Shown here piece by piece: positions 44,385 to 54,208 of a stretch of 64,000 nucleotides of DNA (its first letter is position 1; each line of letters opens with the position of its first letter). Made by a program: the position numbers and the translations under genes. The stretch comes from a virus (taxonomy: Duplodnaviria > Caudoviricetes): positions 1-64,000 of IMG/VR virus record IMGVR_UViG_643692013_000008; one strand, written 5' to 3'. The notes under the pieces were generated by a model, which saw only the letters and a list, made by a program, of their open reading frames with translations, did not search any database and had not been told where the DNA came from.

Positions 44385-44708
44385 GTGTTGCGCACCGGAG
44401 AAAGCCTGTGGCCACAGGCGTTAAGCCCGTTGAGTACTTGTAGCGCGCCCTAGCTGGCGCGTGCGAGTGGCTGCCTAGGATGACCACCCGCCCGACAAGT
44501 TGCTGTCGGTCGGCTCGGCGCGGGTCGGTACACCGGATTTGATACCGGCTCCGACACTGGCGTCACCTTCGGCGTCTTGCCAGACGCCGTGCTGGCGATG
44601 CAATACGCCAGCGCGCCGAGCATAGCAGAACCGTTCGCGCCCTCCCTCAAACCCCAAGTGTCGAGATCGCCTGTCTTCCGATTCGCTTTAGAAATCGAGG
44701 AGTCAGAC

Positions 44709-45023
44709 GTGATCAAGAACAGCAAGCAATCGTGGGAAGCAGGCTCGACCGTGAAGGTCGGTTTCCTGTCGCTGACCGTGAAGGCGGTCGTGCCGACGCC
44801 CGGCGACCACGCGCCGGACGCCTACATCCTCGTCAACGCTGCGGGCACGCAGCTCTACAAGTTCGTTCCCCACAACGGCGTCGAGAAGGTCACGCCGCTC
44901 GAAGCGCGCGAGCTGCTCGACGCAGCGCACGTTGCTGCGGAGCGCGAAGCGGCGCGCGCGATCGCGCGCTCGAAGCAGACGGTGGCCGACATGGCCGCGA
45001 TCAACAAGCTGGTTTTCGCCTGA
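44709..45023 (+). CDS. First pL gene, hypothetical
   Basis: GAGGAG RBS, GTG start, 104 aa. Confidence 0.75.
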   Translation: MIKNSKQSWEAGSTVKVGFLSLTVKAVVPTPGDHAPDAYILVNAAGTQLYKFVPHNGVEKVTPLEARELLDAAHVAAEREAARAIARSKQTVADMAAINKLVFA

Positions 45024-45030
45024 GCCCGTG

Positions 45031-45150
45031 ATGACCTCGGACTGGTTCATTGCCGGCTTGGTCATCGTCGGGACGATCGTCGGCTTCGTTGTACTCGGCC
45101 TGATTGGTGGCATCAAGGGCAAGCAGGACGACAACAAAGACCACAACTGA
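45031..45150 (+). CDS. 39-aa single-TM peptide
   Basis: MTSDWFIAGLVIVGTIVGFVVLGLIGG... Confidence 0.5.
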   Translation: MTSDWFIAGLVIVGTIVGFVVLGLIGGIKGKQDDNKDHN

Positions 45151-45269
45151 TTCGCGTGCCGCTCGGCACGAAGGCTCTCAGCTCCAGGCACGGCCCTCGG
45201 AAATGGCCTGGAGTTTTTCGGCGAGGCGGCCGGTAAGGCGCCTCCCACTTTTCGGATCTGGGGATAGCG

Positions 45270-45533
45270 ATGCACACGGACCTCATGTCGGACCTGAAGC
45301 AAGAGTACGCCGTCGCCCGCGAGCACGGCGAGCGCAAGGCGATGGATCAACTGGCGCGCGGCATCAGCTACGCGGCGGCCGGCGAGCTCACCCTGGCGCG
45401 CGAGATCGCGCTCTACCACCGGGGCTGGCACGACGAGATGTTCGACCGGCCCGCGCCGTACGCCGAGCCGGAGCTGCATTACCTCGCGGGGCGCCTCGAC
45501 GCACGCCGTCAGCGCGCCGCCGCCACGCATTAA
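45270..45533 (+). CDS. Hypothetical protein
   Basis: 87 aa, GGGGA RBS. Confidence 0.65.
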   Translation: MHTDLMSDLKQEYAVAREHGERKAMDQLARGISYAAAGELTLAREIALYHRGWHDEMFDRPAPYAEPELHYLAGRLDARRQRAAATH

Positions 45534-45617
45534 CCGCTGGGCGTCGCGGCGAATGCGCCGCGGGTCGAACTCCGGGCCTTCAGCAAGCCCGCTTCGAAAT
45601 CACCACGAGAGGTAGAC

Positions 45618-45920
45618 ATGCAAGCCACGGCAACCGCAGCAGTGTCCACGGCCCCCATCGCCGTGAAGGAAGTCGAATCGTCGCAGATCTTCGCGATCGG
45701 CCATGACGCCGCAACGAACACGCTGGCGATCCGCTTCCGCAGCTACAAAACGAACGGCCCGACGTCGCTCTACCACTACGCGAACGTGCCGGCCGCCTTG
45801 TTCGCCGAGTTCGCGTCGGCCGAGTCGATCGGCACGTACTTCAGCCAGAACATCAAGCCGTACGACAAGAAGTACCCGTACGTGCAGATCGAGAAGATGC
45901 CGGCGACCGCGCCGGCGTAA
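45618..45920 (+). CDS. KTSC domain protein
   Basis: VESS.I.AIGHD....L.I.F...YHY.NVP...F..AESIG.YF..NIK. Confidence 0.9.
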   Translation: MQATATAAVSTAPIAVKEVESSQIFAIGHDAATNTLAIRFRSYKTNGPTSLYHYANVPAALFAEFASAESIGTYFSQNIKPYDKKYPYVQIEKMPATAPA

Positions 45921-46297
45921 CGCAACCCCCGGAGGGCCGCACGCCGCAGAAGTTTGCGGCGGCCGCATCAAGCGCGAGAGCTGCGCGACATGCGGTTAGG
46001 CCCATAGCGCTGCAGGTCGGCTGAGCCTCCAGTCGGTTGGAAACACCCTGCTTCACCCCGCGGCGAGCGCGGGGCACCTGACTAGCAGTGGCGCGTCATG
46101 TGGCGCGTGGCTGGCGAGTCGCCGGACGCGAGTACCCGGCACCTTGATGGGAGCCCACTGCCGCAACAGACGACACGAGGTCTAGCTCGTGAGCGCGGTG
46201 AGCGGGCTAGACAGCGGGCTCCCATCAGGAGTCAGAACACGACGCCGGCCAGGTCATCGCAGTCGGCGCCCACACAGGCGATTCACCGAGGTGCGAC

Positions 46298-46597
46298 ATG
46301 AAAGTAACCATCAATGGCTTCATCTTCGCGCGGCCGGCGCGTGACGGTTCGTTGAATTTCGAGTTCTCGGAATACGACGTGACGAAGTACGACAACCACG
46401 CCGCCAAAGTCCGGGAGCACTCGATCGAGGTCGACGTGCCCGACGACTTCGACCCGCGCCCGGGCATCGTCGAGAACCTCGAGCGCGAGAAGACCCAGAT
46501 CCTCGCCGAGGCCAATCTCAAGGTCACCGACATCAATCGGCTGATCCAGACGCTGCTCGCGATCGACAACGCCCCGACGGACAGGACGCCGGCATGA
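46298..46597 (+). CDS. Hypothetical protein
   Basis: 99 aa, GAGGTG RBS. Confidence 0.7.
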   Translation: MKVTINGFIFARPARDGSLNFEFSEYDVTKYDNHAAKVREHSIEVDVPDDFDPRPGIVENLEREKTQILAEANLKVTDINRLIQTLLAIDNAPTDRTPA

Positions 46598-46767
46598 GCC
46601 CGATGTCCCTTCGCCCCTCCCTGCGCCGCTACGGCGCGCACCTCAACCGCGAGCAGCGGCGCGCCTGGATGGTTCAGCGCCTCACGCGCTCGCCGCGCGT
46701 GCCCATCAGCTCCGGCTTTGTGCCGCGCGGGATCGCGCGCGTCTACACCTACTGCAAGGTCGCCTGA
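46594..46767 (+). CDS. 57-aa basic protein
   Basis: ATGA-coupled; fills the gap between neighbours. Confidence 0.5.
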   Translation: MSPMSLRPSLRRYGAHLNREQRRAWMVQRLTRSPRVPISSGFVPRGIARVYTYCKVA

Positions 46768-46768
46768 C

Positions 46769-47053
46769 ATGACCACCGACAAACGGAAAAAACGCGTCCC
46801 GATGCCGAAGATGGTCGATCGCAAATGCAACCGGTGCGGCAGGTCGTTTCAAGCGCGCGCTGCTGACGTAAAGCGCGGCTGGGGCCGCTTTTGCTCGAAG
46901 TCGTGCAAAGCGATCAAGCAAGAGCAGCGCACCGGGCAGCACCGGGCGTTCGTGGATCGCCGCGACGCCTACGAAGACGGCGAAGGCCCTACCGAGTTTT
47001 CCGACGCGCACTTGTTCAGCAACGAAGAACACGACTGCAACAAGGACCTGTGA
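46769..47053 (+). CDS. Zn-finger hypothetical protein
   Basis: C..CG..F.AR.ADVKRGWG.FCSKSC. Confidence 0.72.
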   Translation: MTTDKRKKRVPMPKMVDRKCNRCGRSFQARAADVKRGWGRFCSKSCKAIKQEQRTGQHRAFVDRRDAYEDGEGPTEFSDAHLFSNEEHDCNKDL

Positions 47054-47208
47054 TGCGCTGGCTCGACCGACTCCACTCCAAGCACCCTCGCCTGACGATG
47101 GCAGCGGCGATCCTGATCGCCTTCGCCGTCCTCTACGTCGCACGCGAGATCGACCACACCAACTCCGACCTGCTGCGCTGGCAACTGGCCAGCGTGCGCC
47201 AGGTGTAA
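47053..47208 (+). CDS. Small single-TM protein
   Basis: MAAAILIAFAVLYV; coupled. Confidence 0.55.
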   Translation: MRWLDRLHSKHPRLTMAAAILIAFAVLYVAREIDHTNSDLLRWQLASVRQV

Positions 47209-47225
47209 CCGCCCCGGAGCATTTC

Positions 47226-48128
47226 ATGCAGACCGCCACCATGGCCGACGTCATCGACGCCGACATCACCGCCCCACGCCCCGAGCAGCCCCTGGCCAAC
47301 GTCCAGTCGTCGCCGCCCGCGCCAGTTCGCGCCGCTTCGACCATCACGGCGCGGGATCTCCTCCGCCTGTCGGTCGAACGCGGGGCGAGCCTCGAGCAGA
47401 TCGAGAAGCTGATGGATCTGCTGGATCGAAACGAAGCGCGCGACGCACGGCTCGCGTTCGTTGAGGCGATGGCCGCCTTCAAGAAGGAACCGCTCGATAT
47501 CTTCAAGCGCAAGCAGGTCGAGTTCCAGACTCGGGACGGCGAATGGACGCGCTACAAGCACGCCGAGCTGTCGGACATCACCGACGTCGTCGGGCCGGCC
47601 ATGGCGAAGTATGGCCTGTCGTTCGACTGGGACATCCACCAGAGTAACGGCCTCATTACCGTCGACTGCGTCGTGACGCACGTTCAGGGACATTTCAAGA
47701 AGGTCACGATGTCCGGCGCACCAGACGCGAGCGGCAAGAAGAACGCCATCCAGCAGGCGGCCAGCACGATCACTTATCTGCAGCGCTACACGCTGCTCGC
47801 CGCGACTGGCATGTCCACGAAGGGCGAGGACGACGACGGCGCAGGCGGCGCAGATCCCGACGGCGATCCTGGCGCCGGCCAGCAGCCGGCCGGCGAGGCC
47901 CAGCAAAACGGCGCCCGGAGCGCGCGCGCCGCAGGCCAGAACCAGCCCGCTCGCCCTGCCTTCTACGACCAGGCGAAGTTCGACGCCAACAAAGCCGAAT
48001 GGAGAAAGGTCGTCACGTCGAAGCGTAAGACCCCGGCCAAGATGATCGCCTTCATCGAATCCCGTGGCGCCCCGCTCACTGAAGCCCAGAAGAACACCAT
48101 CGACTCTTGGAGCCATGAAAATGACTGA
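47226..48128 (+). CDS. ERF-family single-strand annealing protein
   Basis: YKHAEL.DI, GLSF, Q..ASTITY.QRY.L and DDDG motifs. Confidence 0.9.
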   Translation: MQTATMADVIDADITAPRPEQPLANVQSSPPAPVRAASTITARDLLRLSVERGASLEQIEKLMDLLDRNEARDARLAFVEAMAAFKKEPLDIFKRKQVEFQTRDGEWTRYKHAELSDITDVVGPAMAKYGLSFDWDIHQSNGLITVDCVVTHVQGHFKKVTMSGAPDASGKKNAIQQAASTITYLQRYTLLAATGMSTKGEDDDGAGGADPDGDPGAGQQPAGEAQQNGARSARAAGQNQPARPAFYDQAKFDANKAEWRKVVTSKRKTPAKMIAFIESRGAPLTEAQKNTIDSWSHEND

Positions 48129-49755
48129 ACGCATCATCCACGACCTCATCCAAGGTACTCCCGAATGGGAGGCTTTCCGCCTCGAACACTTCGGCGCCAG
48201 CGAGGCGGCCGCCATGCTCGGCATCTCGCCGAAGGTCAAGCGCAACGAGCTGCTGCACATGAAGCACACAGGCACGCCGAAGGAATTCAGCGACTGGGTG
48301 CAGGAGCACATCCTCGATCGCGGCCACGAAGTCGAAGCGCTCGCGCGCCCATTCGCCGAGGAAGTAATCGGCGAAGACCTGTATCCCGTGACCTGCTCGT
48401 TCGGCGTGCCGTCGGCATCCTGCGACGGCCTGACGATGGACCACAGCACCGCGTGGGAACACAAGCAATGGAATGAGGATCTGGCGAAATCGCTGCGCGC
48501 CGGCGTGCTTCCCGACGAGCACCAGCCGCAGGTGCAGCAGAACATGCACGTCACCGGTGCGTCCCGCCTGCTGTTCACCTGCTCCAATGGCACCGAAGAG
48601 AAGATGGTCCACCTGTGGGTGGCACCCGATCCGGAATGGGTCGCGCGCATCAACGCCGGCTGGGAACAGTTCGCGAAGGATCTCGCCACGTACCAACCGC
48701 GCGATATCCGCGAAGCCCCGAAGGGCGAAGCGATTCTCAGCCTGCCGACGCTGGCCGTGCAGATTCGCGGCGAAGTGGTGTCGAGCAACCTGCCCCGCTT
48801 CAAGGCGGCGGCCGAATCGTTCATCGCCAACATCAAGACCGACCTCAAGACCGACGAGGACTTTGCCAACGCCGCGTCGACGGTTTCGTTCTGCGAGAAA
48901 GCCGAGAAGGAACTGGAGATGGCGAAGAACGCGGCCATCGGCCAGACGGCGAGTATCGACGAGCTGATGCGCACGCTCGACCACATCAGCGCGCAGCTGC
49001 GCGAAAAGCGCTTGGCGCTCGACAAGCTCGTGACGAAGCGCAAGGGCGAGATCAAGGACGAGATCATCCTCGGTGGCAAAAGCGCCTACGCCGCCCACAT
49101 CAAGTCGCTGAACGACGAGCTGGCCGACGTGACGCTCGTCGTCGCCGTACCGGATTTCGTCACCGCCGCGAAGAACAAGCGCACGCTGGCCAGCCTGCAC
49201 GAAGCGATCGACACCGCCGTGGCCAACGGCAAGATCGCCGCCGACGCGGCCGCGCGCGACATGCGCGCCAAGCTCGACTGGTACCGCAAGCAGGCCGCCG
49301 AGCACACCTTCCTGTTCCGCGACCTGCAGCAGCTCATCCAGAAGCCGGCTGAGGACTTCCACCTCGCCGTCGACGCCCGCATCGAGCAGCACAAGAAGCA
49401 GCAGGCCGAGGAAGCCGAACGCAAGCGCGCCGCTGAGCGGGCAGCAGCCGATGAGGCAGCGGCGGCCGCAGCAGCGAAGGCGAACGCCGCCCCCGCGGTT
49501 GACGAGCCGGCTCCCGCAGCCGCCCAGGCGACCCGGCAACCGGCACCGCAGACCACGTCGGTTCCTGCAGCAGCGTCTGCCGGCCCTCGGCGCGGCACCG
49601 GCGGCTCCATGCGTACCCAGCCGTCGCGCCCGAGCGACGACGAGATTGTCGGCGTGCTCGCCCTGCACTACCGCCAGCACGAATCGAAGATCGTCGAATG
49701 GCTCCTCGCCATGGACCTGAAAGCGGCGAGCGAGCGGCTTGCCGCTGCGTTCTAA
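48121..49755 (+). CDS. YqaJ/lambda-exonuclease-like recombinase with long coiled-coil tail
   Basis: QGTPEW..FR, ASEA, GH..E, SCDG, WEHK and Q.QQ motifs. Confidence 0.9.
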   Translation: MTERIIHDLIQGTPEWEAFRLEHFGASEAAAMLGISPKVKRNELLHMKHTGTPKEFSDWVQEHILDRGHEVEALARPFAEEVIGEDLYPVTCSFGVPSASCDGLTMDHSTAWEHKQWNEDLAKSLRAGVLPDEHQPQVQQNMHVTGASRLLFTCSNGTEEKMVHLWVAPDPEWVARINAGWEQFAKDLATYQPRDIREAPKGEAILSLPTLAVQIRGEVVSSNLPRFKAAAESFIANIKTDLKTDEDFANAASTVSFCEKAEKELEMAKNAAIGQTASIDELMRTLDHISAQLREKRLALDKLVTKRKGEIKDEIILGGKSAYAAHIKSLNDELADVTLVVAVPDFVTAAKNKRTLASLHEAIDTAVANGKIAADAAARDMRAKLDWYRKQAAEHTFLFRDLQQLIQKPAEDFHLAVDARIEQHKKQQAEEAERKRAAERAAADEAAAAAAAKANAAPAVDEPAPAAAQATRQPAPQTTSVPAAASAGPRRGTGGSMRTQPSRPSDDEIVGVLALHYRQHESKIVEWLLAMDLKAASERLAAAF

Positions 49756-49791
49756 CCCCCGCTCGCCGCCATCACCGAAGGAGTCATCGAC

Positions 49792-50436
49792 ATGCCGGAA
49801 TTCCGTTTCACCAAGATCAAGATGAAGGTCACCAGCATCAACGTGCGCCAGGAGCTGCACGGCGAGGAGCACTGCCTCGCGATGGACATTCATCTGGAAT
49901 TCAACCAGTCGAACCGCGCGCTGGACAAGCTCGACGGGCGGCTGGTCGAGGCCTTCTACTGGAAGAGTCCGACGGGCAACACCGAGGCGCTCGAAGGCGT
50001 CGAGCGCGTCACCGATTTGCCGAACCTGCGCTTCGAGCACCTGGTCACGCCGCTTAAGTGGGCCGAGAAGTACGAGGAGGGTCTGTTCCGCGTCCACCAC
50101 GGAAACAAACCGTCCGACGACATCGTCATGCTGGAAGCGAAGATCAACGAGATCAAGTTCCACCCGAAGGAAGGCGGCACGACGCTCTTCAATGTGCGCG
50201 TCCAGTGCAACCCCGACGAGGCGCAAGTCGCGCGGATGTGCGCTCTCCTGCAGAGCGAGATCACCGGAACGATCGACAGCGACCCGGATGAGGACGACAC
50301 CGCGCCGCCGACCGACGCTGAGAAGCTTGAAAAGCCGGCCGCCGCGAAGACCGGTCGCAAGCCGCGCCGAGGCAAGCAGACGGACGCCTTTGCCGACGCC
50401 GCACAGCAGATCGCCGACGGCGCCAGCGCCGAGTAA
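49792..50436 (+). CDS. Conserved phage hypothetical protein
   Basis: 214 aa, AAGGAG RBS. Confidence 0.75.
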   Translation: MPEFRFTKIKMKVTSINVRQELHGEEHCLAMDIHLEFNQSNRALDKLDGRLVEAFYWKSPTGNTEALEGVERVTDLPNLRFEHLVTPLKWAEKYEEGLFRVHHGNKPSDDIVMLEAKINEIKFHPKEGGTTLFNVRVQCNPDEAQVARMCALLQSEITGTIDSDPDEDDTAPPTDAEKLEKPAAAKTGRKPRRGKQTDAFADAAQQIADGASAE

Positions 50437-50529
50437 CCGAACGGGCGAAGCCGCCGGCCGACCGGAATTGGCGCCAGGCGCGGTTCTCCGACAGAGCCGG
50501 CGGCAGAGCCCCCTATCCCCTTCAGGAGC

Positions 50530-51201
50530 ATGACCATGAGGGACGAAATCGTGAAGTACTTGGGCACGGTGATGGACTCCACGGCCAAGACGATCGCCGC
50601 GCGGATCGCGCAACCCCACTTCGACGTCGCGAAGGAACTGAACAAGATGCACGCCGACGGCGTCGTCGAGCGGCAGAAGCGAACCGGCGGCGGCAACGAA
50701 TACCTGTATTGGCTCGCCGGCACCCCGCGCGCTACCGGCCCGTCGCCGGCCGAACTCGCCGCGAAGAACTCTGTCCCGTTCCCGCCTGCCGCGCCTGCCG
50801 CCGCAATTCCGATCGCCGGCGAGCAACCGCCGGCCGATCCCGTCGTCGTTCAGGAGCTGCTCGCCGAGCTCGAGGCGGAGCGCAGCACCAGCGCGCGGCT
50901 GCGGCAAGAAGCCGAGACCGCCCTCACCAGCCTCCAAGCCGCGATCGCGACCGTCGAGCGCCTCAAGCAGAACAACGCCCAGCTCGAGCGAAAGATCGAC
51001 GATCTGACGCTCGGGCCTCCCGGTTCTAAGGGCCCGGTGTTCTTTACCGTCGGCCGCAACTGCGACAGCAAGCGCCACACCTCGATCGAGAAGGCCCGCA
51101 AGCGCGCGAACGCCCTGGTGCGAAGCGAGCGCGAGACCGAGGTCCACGTCTGCGCTCCGGTGGGCCGCGTCGTCCGTGGCGTCGAATGGGTGGGCAAATG
51201 A
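50530..51201 (+). CDS. wHTH + coiled-coil protein
   Basis: AGGAG RBS; TAKTIA.RI......V.KELNKM...G.V. Confidence 0.7.
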   Translation: MTMRDEIVKYLGTVMDSTAKTIAARIAQPHFDVAKELNKMHADGVVERQKRTGGGNEYLYWLAGTPRATGPSPAELAAKNSVPFPPAAPAAAIPIAGEQPPADPVVVQELLAELEAERSTSARLRQEAETALTSLQAAIATVERLKQNNAQLERKIDDLTLGPPGSKGPVFFTVGRNCDSKRHTSIEKARKRANALVRSERETEVHVCAPVGRVVRGVEWVGK

Positions 51202-51665
51202 CCCAGCTCGCCGAAGCCTTCGACCGGGCCACGGGCGACAAGACCCCGTGGAACCCCTCGCGGCGCGCCGTCCGCCGCGTTCTCAACCCGCTGCCGGCGC
51301 CCACCGTCTGCCGCTTCTGCGGCGGCTCCGTGCACATCGTCCGGAACAGCGAAATCTATGGCCGCGAATACGGGGAATGGCCGTGGGCCTTCCTGTGCCG
51401 TAAATGCGGGGCCTATGTCGGCATGCATCCGCAAACCGGCATCCCGCTCGGCACGCTCGCCGACGGTCCGACGCGTGCGGCGCGCAAGCGCGCGAAGGCA
51501 GCGTTTCAGCCCCTCTGGCAAACGCGCGTCATGACCAGATCCGCTGCGTACTCGTGGCTCGCAGGGCGTCTCGGGATAGCCGTCGGCGAGTGCCACGTCG
51601 GCTGGTTCGATGTCGCCATGTGCGACCGCGTCGTCGAGATCATCAACGAGGGACGCCCGCAATGA
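51198..51665 (+). CDS. DUF3268-like Zn-finger protein
   Basis: CRFCG, C..CGAYVG.H, PLGTLA and CH.GWFD motifs. Confidence 0.82.
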   Translation: MTQLAEAFDRATGDKTPWNPSRRAVRRVLNPLPAPTVCRFCGGSVHIVRNSEIYGREYGEWPWAFLCRKCGAYVGMHPQTGIPLGTLADGPTRAARKRAKAAFQPLWQTRVMTRSAAYSWLAGRLGIAVGECHVGWFDVAMCDRVVEIINEGRPQ

Positions 51666-51856
51666 CCGCGACCCAAGAACCCGTGTGGCGCGCCCTGCTG
51701 CGCCTTGAGCACGCCGACCTGGCCGACGCCGATCGCAACCTGCTCCGTCCCGCGTTCGCGGTGATGCACGTCAGCCACGCGATGCAACTCCCCGAGCGCG
51801 TGGTGGCCCGCATCCGGCACCTCGACGCCACGTTACCGAAGTCCAAGGAGGCTTGA
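51662..51856 (+). CDS. Hypothetical protein
   Basis: 64 aa, ATGA-coupled. Confidence 0.6.
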   Translation: MTATQEPVWRALLRLEHADLADADRNLLRPAFAVMHVSHAMQLPERVVARIRHLDATLPKSKEA

Positions 51857-51858
51857 CC

Positions 51859-52269
51859 ATGCTGCTCAACAAGATCGAAGGCGCGGACGCTGCCTATCGC
51901 GGCCACATCGAGAAAACGTACTGGGGTGGTCCTGTCGGAACCGAGCCGGACCCGACTCGGCATTACGGCTGCGACATGCTCCCGAGCGGTTGGGTCGAGA
52001 TCACCTGGGAGGAATTCGCGAAGTCGAAGTTCTTCATGTACACGCCGAAGGCCGTGGGCTGGATCCGCACGACGATCGGTGACGCCAAGCTGTTCTTCAT
52101 GCACGACCAGAACGGCTACGCCCTGATCAACGACTACTGGGCCGGCACGGTGAAGGTGTTCCGGTTCGGTTGCGAGCACCAGATGAAGTCCGAGACCGTC
52201 GGCAACTGCCTGCACCGTTACACGTGCCAGGCCTGCGGCTTCTCCGAAGTCGTGGATTCGTCCGACTGA
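51859..52269 (+). CDS. Hypothetical protein with C-terminal Zn ribbon
   Basis: AAGGAGG RBS; CEH...C..CG. Confidence 0.7.
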   Translation: MLLNKIEGADAAYRGHIEKTYWGGPVGTEPDPTRHYGCDMLPSGWVEITWEEFAKSKFFMYTPKAVGWIRTTIGDAKLFFMHDQNGYALINDYWAGTVKVFRFGCEHQMKSETVGNCLHRYTCQACGFSEVVDSSD

Positions 52270-52284
52270 CCGCCGAGGGCCGAC

Positions 52285-54195
52285 ATGCATAGGGTCTACA
52301 ACAACTTCAGTTTCTGCGCCGGCCTCGGCGGCGGCGCCAAGGGCTTCACGAAGGCGATGTCGCGCGTCGGCGCGATGACGGCCTCGTGGCGTTGCATCGG
52401 CGGTATCGACAACGATCCCGCCGCGGCTCGCGATTTCCGGCGCTTGGTCGGTACCGACTGCACCGTGATGGACCTGTTCACGCGCGAGCAGTACACGGCG
52501 TTCCACGGCGCGCCGCCGCCGGCCGGCTGGAAGGAAGCGACGGCCGCCGACGTGCGCGCCGCTGCCGGCCACGAGCATCCGCACTGCGTGTTCATCTCGT
52601 CGCCGTGTAAGGGTGCCTCCGGGCTACTGTCGGAGACGCTCAGTCGAACGCCGAAGTACCAGGCGCTCAACGAGCTGACGCTGCGCTGCGTGTGGCTCAT
52701 GTGCGAAGCCTGGAAAGACGATCCGGTCGAGCTGATCGTGTTCGAGAACGTGCCGCGGCTCGCGACGCGCGCCGGCCACCTGCTCAGCCAGATCGACCAA
52801 CTGTTTCAGCACTACGGGTATGTCACTGCCGACACGACGCACGACTGCGGCAAGATCGCGAAGCGCGGCATGGCACAAAGCCGGAAACGCTATCTGAAAG
52901 TCGCGCGGCACGTCGCGAAGGTGCCAGCGTTCTTGTACGAGCCGGAGCAGAATCGCCTGCAGGGAGTCGGCACGCTGCTCGGCCGCATGCCGCTGCCCGG
53001 TGATCCGGCGGCCGGCCCCATGCACCGCATCCCGTCGTTGCAGTGGAAGACCTGGGTGCGCTTGGCCTTCGTCGAGGCCGGCAGCGACTGGCGCAGCCTC
53101 AATAAGCTCGCCGTCGAGAACGGCCAGCTGCGCGACTACCTGATTGTGCCGGAGCGTCGCGGTGGCCACCTCGGGGTGGTCGACTGGAGCGAGCCGGCAG
53201 GCACCGTCGCCGGCGAGTCGCTGCCGACGAACGGCTCCTTCAGCGTCGCCGATCCGAGGTTCACCCAGAGCGCGAAGTGGAACGACGGACACGCATACGG
53301 CGTGCTCCCCTGGGACGATCACAGCGGCACGATCGCCGGCCAGCAGACCCCGGGCCAAGGCTATTACAGCGTCGCTGATCCGCGCCACGCTGGCCCGGCG
53401 AAGCACAACAACGAATTCCGCATCATCCCGTGGTCCGATGCCGCTGGCGCGGTCACCAGCGCGCACGGTACCGGCCAGTGCGTGCAGGATCCCCGCGCCG
53501 CCAGCGAGTACCACGCGAACGCGTATCGCGTCACCCCGTGGGATTCCCACTCGGGCACCGTGACGGGCGATTTCAAAGCGTCTGGTGGTGGCGGTGTCGC
53601 CGATCCACGCCCAGCGCCCGGGCCGCTGTTCAGCAAATACGCGGTGACGCACTTCGACGAGCCGGCCGGCACAGTGATCGCGCGCAGCGACAGCGGCCAG
53701 GGCGCTTTCGCTGTCGCCGACCCGCGCCCGGGCATGCGCCGCGAACGCGGCGATGCCTACCTGACCGGCGGACATTACGGCGTGGTCGGTTGGAGCGAGC
53801 CCAGCGGCGCCGTTTCGGCCGCCGCCGGCCACGACAACGGCCGATGGTCCGTTGCCGATCCGAGATTGCCGGCGCAGAACGAGAAGATCGTCGCCATCAT
53901 CCGCGCGCTCGACGGCACCTGGCATCGCCCGTTCACGACTCTGGATCTCGCCGTCCTGCAGTCGCTCGTCGAGCCGGAGGAATACCTGCAGCTCGACGGC
54001 CTGTCCGACCAAGCCTGGCGCGAACGCATCGGCAACGCGGTGCCGCCGGATGCCGCCGAGGCAATCGGCGAGGTCATGGGCACAACGCTGCTGCTCGCCG
54101 AATCCGGCGAGACCTTTCGCCTGTCATCGACGCCGATCTGGGTCCGCGACATCGCGATCGCTCTGTCCGTCACGCCCCTCCCCGCCAACGTCTAG
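52285..54195 (+). CDS. C5 cytosine DNA methyltransferase with six internal repeats
   Basis: FCAGLGG (I), SPC (IV), ENV (VI), QSRKR (VIII), GNAV (X); six W/F..P.GTV...(A/Q)DPR repeats. Confidence 0.9.
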   Translation: MHRVYNNFSFCAGLGGGAKGFTKAMSRVGAMTASWRCIGGIDNDPAAARDFRRLVGTDCTVMDLFTREQYTAFHGAPPPAGWKEATAADVRAAAGHEHPHCVFISSPCKGASGLLSETLSRTPKYQALNELTLRCVWLMCEAWKDDPVELIVFENVPRLATRAGHLLSQIDQLFQHYGYVTADTTHDCGKIAKRGMAQSRKRYLKVARHVAKVPAFLYEPEQNRLQGVGTLLGRMPLPGDPAAGPMHRIPSLQWKTWVRLAFVEAGSDWRSLNKLAVENGQLRDYLIVPERRGGHLGVVDWSEPAGTVAGESLPTNGSFSVADPRFTQSAKWNDGHAYGVLPWDDHSGTIAGQQTPGQGYYSVADPRHAGPAKHNNEFRIIPWSDAAGAVTSAHGTGQCVQDPRAASEYHANAYRVTPWDSHSGTVTGDFKASGGGGVADPRPAPGPLFSKYAVTHFDEPAGTVIARSDSGQGAFAVADPRPGMRRERGDAYLTGGHYGVVGWSEPSGAVSAAAGHDNGRWSVADPRLPAQNEKIVAIIRALDGTWHRPFTTLDLAVLQSLVEPEEYLQLDGLSDQAWRERIGNAVPPDAAEAIGEVMGTTLLLAESGETFRLSSTPIWVRDIAIALSVTPLPANV

Positions 54196-54208
54196 CCAGG
54201 AGCCAACC

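Noticed and set aside
48076-51147. 1023-aa minus-strand ORF and other long antisense ORFs (47133-49079, 28779-30398, 23532-25061, 6914-8266)
   Set aside because: Shadow frames of well-supported genes in high-GC DNA; no RBS or motifs
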